A DNA stretch of 64,000 nucleotides, taken from positions 137,968 to 201,967 of the forward strand of contig MGQB01000001.1 of the NCBI GenBank assembly GCA_001797675.1. Direction: 5' to 3'. Made by a program: the position numbers and the translations under genes. Origin of the DNA: Deltaproteobacteria bacterium RBG_13_43_22 (GTDB taxonomy: Bacteria; Desulfobacterota; RBG-13-43-22). This document shows positions 17,514 to 25,993 of the stretch, in pieces. The first letter of the stretch is position 1, and each line of letters starts with the position of its first letter. The notes under the pieces were generated by a model. That model was not told the origin of the DNA and did not search any database. It saw only the letters and a list, made by a program, of their open reading frames with translations.

Positions 17514-18341
17514 ATGGATAAACATCCGGGGGGTCCCAAAATTTGTTTTCTAACCATGGACCTGGAAAATGACTGCGGAGGACGTATCGGACCGGTCTTT
17601 GATACTATTAACGAAAAAAATATTCGCAAGTTGATAAATTTTATCAATAATCAAAACGTTCCGTTAACCTTATTTATTACCGGCCGACTCTTTGAAGAAA
17701 AAAGGAGGGAACTCCAATTAATTCAGGAGGAAATAAAAACGATAGAGTTTGCCCTCCATTCCTACTCTCATCCCAATCTTTTGAATGATTATTCCGAGGA
17801 AATTGAAAAGGCCGTATCAGCCTACAAGGATTTTATGGGAGTGCCCCCTTTGGGCTACCGGGGACCACAAGGAAAAATTTCCAAGGTAGATTTTGAATGT
17901 CTTAAAAAACACCGCTTTCAATACGATTCCAGTATCATACCCACCATCCGGCCCGGGGTTTTTAACAACAGAAAAATGCCCAAAGGACCTTATTACCTGG
18001 ACGAGTACAACTTATGGGAAATTCCTTGTTCGGTTTTCCCCTTTACCGGCATTCCTATGGGTTTAGGACATCTCCGCCTGCTGGGACCAACAGTTACAAA
18101 ATTTCTTTTTTCATTTTTACCGCTGCTGCCGGTCATCGTATTCGTCTTTCATCTGCATGATATTATTCAAACAGAACATGCTGATAAACTGCAGGGTGCT
18201 TGGAATTTCTTTTATCGAAGGAATGTTGACCAGGGTTTCAGTCTCTTTGGCTTTGTGATCGAGGATCTTAGGAAAAAAGGTTATGGTTTTGATCTGATGA
18301 AAAATGCTCAAGCTAATCCAGTGCAGAACTTTCAACTTTAA
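17514..18341 (+). CDS. Polysaccharide deacetylase family protein (CE4/NodB-like)
   Basis: 275 aa. Motifs: FLTMDLENDCGG and ALHSYSHPNL (H-x-x-x-H type metal motif). Last gene of the operon. Its 3' end overlaps the convergent gene by 29 nt. Confidence 0.6.
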   Translation: MDKHPGGPKICFLTMDLENDCGGRIGPVFDTINEKNIRKLINFINNQNVPLTLFITGRLFEEKRRELQLIQEEIKTIEFALHSYSHPNLLNDYSEEIEKAVSAYKDFMGVPPLGYRGPQGKISKVDFECLKKHRFQYDSSIIPTIRPGVFNNRKMPKGPYYLDEYNLWEIPCSVFPFTGIPMGLGHLRLLGPTVTKFLFSFLPLLPVIVFVFHLHDIIQTEHADKLQGAWNFFYRRNVDQGFSLFGFVIEDLRKKGYGFDLMKNAQANPVQNFQL

Positions 18342-19323
18342 TTTTCTTCAGATTCAATCCCTCACTCCACAAATAGATCAATCCTAACAGAATTGCGGGA
18401 AAAATATCAATAAACCAAAGAATAATGGCATAACTTTGGGCATATTGGGAAGGAATTCCAAGAGCCATAAGACCTAAAGCACAGGCCAGATGAAAAGTGC
18501 CAACATAGGCCGGTGCCGAAGGAAGAGCGACACCAAGAGCCAGAACGGCTTGAATAAAAACCGCGGCCATCAATGGGAGCTGAAGATTGAAGGCTGAGAA
18601 TAGAATATAAGTCACCAGGACATAGATACTCCATATCACCAAAGAGCTCAACATTACGATCCCGATTTCCTTATAATTGTTCAAAATCGAAAGTCCTTCA
18701 GAAAAAGAGGTTATCATTTTTATAATCTTTTCAATAACCGAAGAGGGCAAAGGCGAGAGGATTTTTTTAAGGATATTATTAATGGATACGGTTTTAATTT
18801 TTAGTATTATTAGAAAAAAAAGCAGACTACTACAAAAAAACATAAAAAGATAACCGCCCACCCTGATCCCTTTCAAGCTGAGACCCTCATGGCCCATCTT
18901 GACATAGGGGAAAAAGAGTAGGGTCAGAGAAAAAAGAAGAATAACTATAAATCCGTCAAAGAGGCGTTCGACGATAATGGTGGCAAATGAAGAGGATTTG
19001 CTGATCTTTTCTTTTTTGCCGATGATATAGGCACGGACCAATTCCCCAAAGCGTGCCGGTAAAATGATATTGGCCATAAATCCAATAAAAGCGGCGGGAA
19101 GCAAACTTAATAAGGGAATTTTTTTAATCGGAGAAAGCAAATATTTCCAACGGAAAGACCGAAAAAAAAGAGCCAGCACATTGGCAAAAAACAAGGGAAT
19201 GACATACCAATAGTCGGCCTCCGCCAGGGCCTGGAATAGTTCCTGAGGGTGAATATTTCGGAGGAACAGAAAGACAAAAACGGCACTGACGGCCAACCCG
19301 AGTAAATAGTGAAATTTTCTCAT
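18313..19323 (-). CDS. UPF0104 / lysyl-PG-synthase-TM-region-like flippase-like membrane protein
   Basis: 336 aa with about 8 helices. The N-terminus MRKFHYLLGLAVSAVFVFLFLRNIHPQELFQALAEADYWYVIPLFFANVLALFFRSFRWKYLL is typical of this family, which is often found beside GT2 genes. Confidence 0.65.
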   Translation of the reverse strand: MRKFHYLLGLAVSAVFVFLFLRNIHPQELFQALAEADYWYVIPLFFANVLALFFRSFRWKYLLSPIKKIPLLSLLPAAFIGFMANIILPARFGELVRAYIIGKKEKISKSSSFATIIVERLFDGFIVILLFSLTLLFFPYVKMGHEGLSLKGIRVGGYLFMFFCSSLLFFLIILKIKTVSINNILKKILSPLPSSVIEKIIKMITSFSEGLSILNNYKEIGIVMLSSLVIWSIYVLVTYILFSAFNLQLPLMAAVFIQAVLALGVALPSAPAYVGTFHLACALGLMALGIPSQYAQSYAIILWFIDIFPAILLGLIYLWSEGLNLKKIKVESSALD

Positions 19324-19334
19324 GGAATAATATG

Positions 19335-19465
19335 GATGAATTCGTAAAAAGTTAGAAAATTCCTCTTGGAGTTTTTCCGGAGAAGACCGGAATCCAGTCC
19401 CGTTGGCGGGATGGTTCCTGGCTTTCGCCGGGGTAACGGCCTTAACGACTTTTTACGAGTCCATC
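19335..19465. mobile_element. MITE-like palindromic element, copy 1 (TCGTAAAAAG-type inverted termini)
   Basis: The left end GATGAATTCGTAAAAAGT (19335-19352) matches the reverse complement of the right end GACTTTTTACGAGTCCATC (19447-19465) at 16 of 18 positions. The element has no ORF and sits in a 176-bp gap between two minus-strand genes. Confidence 0.55.
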
Positions 19466-19499
19466 GATCTTGACAAGTTTAAAAGAAGTAACCCAGCCG

Positions 19500-20927
19500 T
19501 CAAATTTTAAACATTTTCAAACCTGCTTTTGCCTTTCGTTTAAATTCATTCCAGGATCCGGTCTTTAAAATCTGCTGAAAGATATAGGTCGGCCTGAAAT
19601 AAAATTTTTTGTAGGCCAACCGGAGCATTTCAAACAATTCGTCTCGATTTAGATTTTCTTCCCAAAGAGGAGGCAAAAAATCGGCACTGGGGTTTTCGGC
19701 AAATTCCTTCCAATAATCTCGTTTGATAATTCCTCGTTCTAATCCTAATTTGTATAACTCCGTAGCCGGGAAAGGGGAGGTCAGAGAAATGTGAACAAAA
19801 TCCGGCCTGATCTTCCTGCTAAATCCGATCGTTTCCAAAATCTGCTCCCTGGTTTCAAAAGGATTACCCAACATGAAATAGGCCAAGGTTGTCAGGCCGG
19901 CTTTCCTGGCGGCTTGAAAAGCAGTTTCTACCTGATTCAGAGTAATGCCTTTTTTTAAAACCTTTAATATCTCATTGTTTCCAGATTCCACCCCGAAATG
20001 GATGCGGTCGCAGCCGGCGGATTTCATTTTTTCCATCATCTCCAGATCGATCAGATTAACCCGGGCCCGGACATCCCAGAAAATTTTTAATTTTCTGGAT
20101 ACGATTTCCGCACAGATATCCAATACCCTTTGACGATTGACGGTGAAGGTGTCATCATATAAAATAAACTCTGCGATCCCCATTTGAATGCATTCTTCCA
20201 TCTCATCAACCACATTTTTGGCGGAACGAAACCTAAAACTCTTGCCCAGGTGCGGCCGGTCGCAAAAGATACATTTGTAGGGACACCCTCGGCTGGTCAT
20301 GATGGTCGTAACCGGATTACTCCGGGCCAGAACGGACCAATATTTTTCGACGGGAACCAAGCTCCTAGCTGGATGAGGCAACTCATCTAAATTATCGATC
20401 AAAGGTCTGGAGCCCGTATTAACGAGCTTTCCATCTTTCTTGAAAACCAATCCTTTGATAAGGGAAAGATCGTCATTCCGATTCAAGCCATTTAATAATT
20501 CGGTAAAAGGGACCTCCCCCTCTCCTAAAATAAGAAAGTCGATCTCAACCTGCTCGATACTCTCTTCCGGGTATATGTTGACATGAGGGCCGCCTAAAAC
20601 AATGATCGTCTTCGGATCAGCCTTTTTAACAATTCTGGCGACCATCATCACGTCGATCAAGGTGAACGTCATGGTCTGAATGCCGACCACATCCGGATTT
20701 CTTCTAACGATCTCTTTTTCTATGTCCGCATAAGTCAATTCCTCCACCTGAGTGTCTAAAACTTCAATCTCAAAATCGGTATGACTCAGAGCATAAGAGG
20801 CCACATATAATAATCCCAAGGGGGGGTTGTAACCGGCTTTTTCCTCCCCTTCCAGTTCATCGGGGAAATTGGTTTTAATCATATGGAAATCCGGAGGATT
20901 GATAAGAAGTACTTTCATGTCCGACAC
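19500..20927 (-). CDS. B12-binding domain radical SAM protein (class B)
   Basis: 475 aa. N-terminal cobalamin-binding-type Rossmann region (KVLLINPP..., IVLGGPHV). Radical SAM motif MTSRGCPYKCIFCD. Confidence 0.8.
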   Translation of the reverse strand: MSDMKVLLINPPDFHMIKTNFPDELEGEEKAGYNPPLGLLYVASYALSHTDFEIEVLDTQVEELTYADIEKEIVRRNPDVVGIQTMTFTLIDVMMVARIVKKADPKTIIVLGGPHVNIYPEESIEQVEIDFLILGEGEVPFTELLNGLNRNDDLSLIKGLVFKKDGKLVNTGSRPLIDNLDELPHPARSLVPVEKYWSVLARSNPVTTIMTSRGCPYKCIFCDRPHLGKSFRFRSAKNVVDEMEECIQMGIAEFILYDDTFTVNRQRVLDICAEIVSRKLKIFWDVRARVNLIDLEMMEKMKSAGCDRIHFGVESGNNEILKVLKKGITLNQVETAFQAARKAGLTTLAYFMLGNPFETREQILETIGFSRKIRPDFVHISLTSPFPATELYKLGLERGIIKRDYWKEFAENPSADFLPPLWEENLNRDELFEMLRLAYKKFYFRPTYIFQQILKTGSWNEFKRKAKAGLKMFKI

Positions 20928-20942
20928 TTTCTTGGACCTTTT

Positions 20943-21797
20943 TTATTTTAGGAGTTCTCTTCTTAATTTGGCGATTTGATCAGAAACGAGTCCAAAAAAG
21001 AAAATGAGTATGCCGATTAAAAAAATAATTAATGCGGATACCGATCCTCTGTTCAATAAAAAATAGGTAAACAAATAAAATAAAATTCCTATGGAAGCAA
21101 GAACAAAACTGACGGGGATGAATATCCGTAAGGGATTAAACAACGTTATGATTCTGAGAACCGACAACAAAGATTCAAACCCGGTTTTAACGGTCACCGA
21201 GCTCTTACCGATCCTTTTCCTTATTTTGATGTCCATAAATTTTACGTTATAATTATCACTTAAAAAAGCGAGAAGACTGGTCATGGAAAAGGAGAAACGG
21301 TCCGGACAGATCGACAAATATTTTAAAATAATCTCCTTTTTATATACCCGGAACCCCGAATTAATATCTGGAATCTTTTGTCGGGTCAAGTAATTGGCCA
21401 GAAAACCCAAAAGCCATTTTCCGGGCATTCTCCACAGACTGCTGTGAATGATCTGATTACGTGAACCGACAACCAGATCATAATTATCCATATACTGTAG
21501 GAGAGGTTCTATTTCAGACGGATCATGCTGGCCGTCCCCGTCCATAATCAATACCTGATCGGCCTTGGCTTCTTTAATGCCGCACTTTAAGGACGCCCCA
21601 TATCCTTTGTTAACCGGATTCCGGATTAATCTAACGCTAAACTGCAAAATGATCGCTGCCGAATTATCCAAAGAACCATCATCCACGACAATAATTTCCC
21701 AATCTTTCCCCTGGACGACAGAAATCAATTCGTTTAAGACCTCCCCAATAACCGCTTCTTCATTAAAAACCGGGATGACAATGCTTAACTTAGGCAT
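20943..21797 (-). CDS. GT2 polyprenyl-phosphate sugar synthase (ArnC/GtrB/DPM1-like) with two C-terminal TM helices
   Basis: 284 aa. Motifs: LSIVIPVFNEE, VVDDGSLDNS and IMDGDGQHDP. C-terminal helices IFIPVSFVLASIGILFYLF and ALIIFLIGILIFFFGLV. Confidence 0.8.
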   Translation of the reverse strand: MPKLSIVIPVFNEEAVIGEVLNELISVVQGKDWEIIVVDDGSLDNSAAIILQFSVRLIRNPVNKGYGASLKCGIKEAKADQVLIMDGDGQHDPSEIEPLLQYMDNYDLVVGSRNQIIHSSLWRMPGKWLLGFLANYLTRQKIPDINSGFRVYKKEIILKYLSICPDRFSFSMTSLLAFLSDNYNVKFMDIKIRKRIGKSSVTVKTGFESLLSVLRIITLFNPLRIFIPVSFVLASIGILFYLFTYFLLNRGSVSALIIFLIGILIFFFGLVSDQIAKLRRELLK

Positions 21798-22026
21798 AAC
21801 AGGATTCCTGAAATATTCTTTAGGGTATTTAAATCAGCCGGGTATCTCACCGGGCGGTTAGTCGACATCATGGAATAATCGGTCTGCGCTTTTTTCAAAT
21901 CTCCCAATTTCGTTACCTCGACAAGTCTGGAATCCGGTCCGGGGGTACGTCTGGAATATAGAATAAACCCTGATCCGGCTTTCCCCGAATCACGCTCTAG
22001 GTACTTTAATATAATAAGAACCTGAT

Positions 22027-25000
22027 CTAATCAATCGTAATAGTCGTCAACAAAAATTTGTCCTTGAAGGAATAGGGGCTCGGATAAGAAATTTTCAACC
22101 GCCTTTCGGAATACCTGGAATCCCAGAGACCAAGGTATATTTTATAGGTACCGGCGGTAATGTCGGCCGGAATTTTTATTTGAAAATCTTTCTTAATGAT
22201 TTCTCCGGGAATAAGGGAATCTAAGGTTTTTTCACCTTCCTGAATTAAAAGATGCCCTTGAAAGAGCATTTGGTCGTTTTTTAAAACGTGGAGGAAAACA
22301 TCATAATCCAGATCCATTTTTTCAAGCCCCTTCCAAAAAAGGGACCCTTTGAGGATGTCGCCCCCTTTGCCCTTTGTTTGTTCGAGAGAATATCCCATCA
22401 ATTGAATTTTGCCGGAAAAAACGGCTCGACTGGCCGTTTGGGGGAAAGGAAGATTGTCGATTCTCTTCTTAACAACTTCTGCGGCAACCGGTTCATTTAT
22501 TTTTTGATAACGGTCATATAAGGTTTTCAGTTTGGATGGGTTGTTTTGATTTAACGCTTCATATTTTTTTAAAAAAACCATGCCGTCCCGGTGATGCCCG
22601 GTTTGTATTAATAGGTTTCCCAAATTCCAACCAACATCATTATAGTCCGGGCTAAGGTTGAATAATTTTTGAAATAAATCTATTGCCGATTTATAATCGG
22701 CATGCGCCTGATAAGTGCTGGCCATGGCGGAAAGAATTTGCTTCATATTTTCTTCCATTGCTTTTTTGAGGTCCAAATAAATATCAACTTGTTTTATGAT
22801 GAATTGGACTTCCTTATGGAAAGAAAAAACCCGGAATTCAAACTGGCCCACTCTGGGATCATTGGTAATATTAAAAGAGATATTTTGAAGGCCTCCGTTG
22901 GACTTTTGAATTTCATTATTGTCAATCACTTTCTCCGCTATTTGAAAAAAGCCTTGGGGAGTATGTTTTAAAATATCAACCCGTAATGCGGGACCAACTC
23001 CGGCAGCCGATGATACCGCCGATAAACGAAAATGAACATTAAAAAAGCCTTGAGGAAAAACGTCTCTGCTCCATAACTTAAAATAAAGGAGTCCATCATC
23101 TCCTCTATTATATTCGCCGATAAAACCTTCTTTTGAAATCCTGTTTACCTTTTCCGAATAAGTGCATTGATCCGGTAAAACATAATGATGAGTTGATTTT
23201 ATTTGAATCAACGGCAGATAAAACCCAGTGAAATCGCAGAAAAGTTTGAGCCAGGCCTCACCGGTTAAGGTACTTTTTGCCAAAGCAAAATAATTGGACA
23301 AAAAGAAAGGATCCTTTTCTTCAACAGACTTGAAATAATTCAAAGCGTCGACCTTCTTGCCGTCCGCAAAACAGGCGGATCCTAAAAGGGCAAGACTTTC
23401 CAGGTTTTCAGGGTCCTGTTGTCGGGAGGTCTCAAAAAATTGAACGGCCTTTTTAGGCTGTTTGAATCGCAGCCGGTTCAAGCCCATTTCCACTGGATCG
23501 GCCACCCATTTGACATATAGATTTCCTTTGCTTTGAGAGAAAGCCTTAAGTTGGTAAATATTTTTAATGAAGGGGAAAGCCGGGGAGGGTTCCATTTCAA
23601 GAATTTCAATTTGGCCCGATTCCATTTGCCTTTCCTTTTTGGCGGACCCGCATTTGATTTTAACTTTAGCCTGATTTTCACTATATACTATTAATTGGAT
23701 TTGTTTAAGTTTTTTAGTTGTTCTTAAAACTCTTACCGCTTCAGAATACGGTTTTACCACAAAAATACTGCTGCTTTTTTCATATTCAGGATGATTTAAA
23801 AAAACTACTTTATATGAACTATCAGCATCTTCAATAAGCGCAGGAAATGATATTTTATGTTTTATAGGACCTGCCTTTGTAGAATATACTCTTAGGGCCG
23901 GATCAAGAAAGTCGGGAAACTTGAGGCTGCCGTTTTTTTCAATTCCCGTCTCTTGGTGTTTTAAATCAAATTCCTTGATCAAGGTAAAGTAACGTTGCAG
24001 CGATAATAAATTTTCCCCTTCCGGTTTGATAGGCCTATGGGTCCAGAGACTGAAATATCTATCTCCCTCCAGGGAACTAATTACCAGGAAATCGCAGTTA
24101 TTTTTATAATATTCAATCGGCTTCAGATACTCAAAATCGATTTTTGAAAATTTGATACTATATGGGGTATACCCATCCAGTGCAACTACACTTTCAGAAG
24201 GTAGATTTTGGTTTAACCATTTTTCTGCTAAATCTCTGTTGTCATCCAGCCAATAATAATAATCGATCTCAATAGTCTTCCAGGTGGGCCATACCAACAA
24301 ACCGAGAAATAGAATCGTCATCACTGTTTTTTTAAAACGCCAGGAATACCAGTAGTGGAGGAATTTATAAAAAAAGGCGGCGGCCATCAAAGCCAAAAAG
24401 GGGATCATAACCACAACATCTCTTTCCCCAAACCGCCTTCCCCACAAGCCCACCAGAAAAAAATAACCGATTGGGAAAGAACAAATCATCAGAACTTCTT
24501 TGTTTTTTCGCAACAAGTGATATGTGATCCCGATTATGGTAATTAAAATCAGTATGCCACCAAAACCATCCATCAGCGTTTGAATAGCCCAGGCAAATCG
24601 TGACCCTTGAGGGCCCTCGATCCAAGAACCTGTCCAGGGAAGGGATTGTTTAGCCATTTCCAAGGTTTTACCAAAGATCCTGTCTACCGTACTGGGGAAA
24701 TTAACAAAAAGACCGGGGGCCCCAATGACAAATCCTGCAAGTGAGGTCGTTATAAATAATAGTATTCGTTTTAATAAAGATATCCGAACTTTCTTAAACG
24801 ATTCATCAAAGAATAGGTAACAGAAAGAAATGAAGAAAGGAATGCAAGTCAATATCCCATTAGGCTTAGTGGTAAAGGTTAAACCGAAAAAAAGCCCTCC
24901 GAGAGCAAAAAATAAGGAACGTTTATGGGTGAGGATGAAATAAGAGAACATGAAACTTAATGTAGCCATAAACGCCAGAGGAGAATCCATTTCCAGATAA

Positions 25001-25464
25001 TGGGCTTGGGCCACCGATAGAGGGGTTACAGCAAACAAGGCTGCGGCCATTAACCCGATATGTCTGTTCTGAAATATTCTTTTCCCTAAAAAATAAAGTA
25101 ACCATATATTTAATGTACTAAAAATAACCGAAGTAATTCTCCCGATGAGGACCATATCAGGATCAACTTCAGTTTGAATCTTGTAAAAACTGAAGATAAT
25201 GCCGAACAAGAAAGCAATTTTATTAATAACAACATATACGATAGCAATGCAATAATTATATACAAAATACCAAGTTTCCAGACCCACCTGTGAAAAATCA
25301 CCTTGGATCATTTGATAGATTATTGTGCAATCTCCCTGTTCATCAGGATGAAGGGCAGTGGTGGAATTCAGACCCCACATTATCCCCCATAAACGGAAAA
25401 CTAAACCTATTACTATTATTAAGAAAAGCAGGTAGGTGTACGATTTTGAGACTTGATTTTTCAT
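22027..25464 (-). CDS. ArnT/PMT (GT39)-like GT-C membrane glycosyltransferase with C-terminal TPR repeats and beta-rich module
   Basis: 1145 aa. First-loop motif ALHPDEQGD after an N-terminal helix. About 12 helices. TPR-like segments AVQFFETSRQQDPENLESLALLGSACFADGKKVDALNYFKSVEEKDP and YQAHADYKSAIDLFQKLFNLSPDYNDVGWNLGNLLIQTG. Confidence 0.7.
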   Translation of the reverse strand: MKNQVSKSYTYLLFLIIVIGLVFRLWGIMWGLNSTTALHPDEQGDCTIIYQMIQGDFSQVGLETWYFVYNYCIAIVYVVINKIAFLFGIIFSFYKIQTEVDPDMVLIGRITSVIFSTLNIWLLYFLGKRIFQNRHIGLMAAALFAVTPLSVAQAHYLEMDSPLAFMATLSFMFSYFILTHKRSLFFALGGLFFGLTFTTKPNGILTCIPFFISFCYLFFDESFKKVRISLLKRILLFITTSLAGFVIGAPGLFVNFPSTVDRIFGKTLEMAKQSLPWTGSWIEGPQGSRFAWAIQTLMDGFGGILILITIIGITYHLLRKNKEVLMICSFPIGYFFLVGLWGRRFGERDVVVMIPFLALMAAAFFYKFLHYWYSWRFKKTVMTILFLGLLVWPTWKTIEIDYYYWLDDNRDLAEKWLNQNLPSESVVALDGYTPYSIKFSKIDFEYLKPIEYYKNNCDFLVISSLEGDRYFSLWTHRPIKPEGENLLSLQRYFTLIKEFDLKHQETGIEKNGSLKFPDFLDPALRVYSTKAGPIKHKISFPALIEDADSSYKVVFLNHPEYEKSSSIFVVKPYSEAVRVLRTTKKLKQIQLIVYSENQAKVKIKCGSAKKERQMESGQIEILEMEPSPAFPFIKNIYQLKAFSQSKGNLYVKWVADPVEMGLNRLRFKQPKKAVQFFETSRQQDPENLESLALLGSACFADGKKVDALNYFKSVEEKDPFFLSNYFALAKSTLTGEAWLKLFCDFTGFYLPLIQIKSTHHYVLPDQCTYSEKVNRISKEGFIGEYNRGDDGLLYFKLWSRDVFPQGFFNVHFRLSAVSSAAGVGPALRVDILKHTPQGFFQIAEKVIDNNEIQKSNGGLQNISFNITNDPRVGQFEFRVFSFHKEVQFIIKQVDIYLDLKKAMEENMKQILSAMASTYQAHADYKSAIDLFQKLFNLSPDYNDVGWNLGNLLIQTGHHRDGMVFLKKYEALNQNNPSKLKTLYDRYQKINEPVAAEVVKKRIDNLPFPQTASRAVFSGKIQLMGYSLEQTKGKGGDILKGSLFWKGLEKMDLDYDVFLHVLKNDQMLFQGHLLIQEGEKTLDSLIPGEIIKKDFQIKIPADITAGTYKIYLGLWDSRYSERRLKISYPSPYSFKDKFLLTTITID

Positions 25465-25993
25465 TTTGATTGCTCACTTATTTCAATAACATTAAATCCC
25501 TGGTCCATAAACATTTTTTTTAATTTAAAAACAAAAGGCGGGGTCAATTGATGTCAAATTATAAGAGGTTATCAAACTTGTTTATGAAATGCATTAAAAA
25601 AAAGAATAAAGTGAAAAAGGAGGAATCCCCAGCCATATCGCTGAGGTTCATGCGACCCACAGTGGTTTCATCCAATCCGAGAACAGGGACCACAAAAGGG
25701 TCAGGCCCCGGGAAAGGGTTGCCACTCCTATAATGATTAGGAATATAATTCTTTCTCGTTTCCCCATAATAAGAAATGAAAAATAAGTAGTTGTGAATAA
25801 TTATTTATTACTTGGATCCGGGAAATAACACAATATTGGTTTTAACTGAATAGAAACATTTACTTTCTTTTTTCAGTGTGATATTTATCCGAAAATCCTT
25901 ATAGAGTTAATGGGACCAGATACTTTGAGAAAGCCTTCCTTGCCTACATCAGGAAAAGCTGTTTTTCGATGAGGTTCTGAAGAATAGCTGGAC

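Noticed and set aside
25548-25733. 61-aa plus-strand ORF (Lys-rich) in the divergent intergenic region
   Set aside because: It has low-complexity A-rich coding, no RBS and no motif. It is probably promoter DNA.
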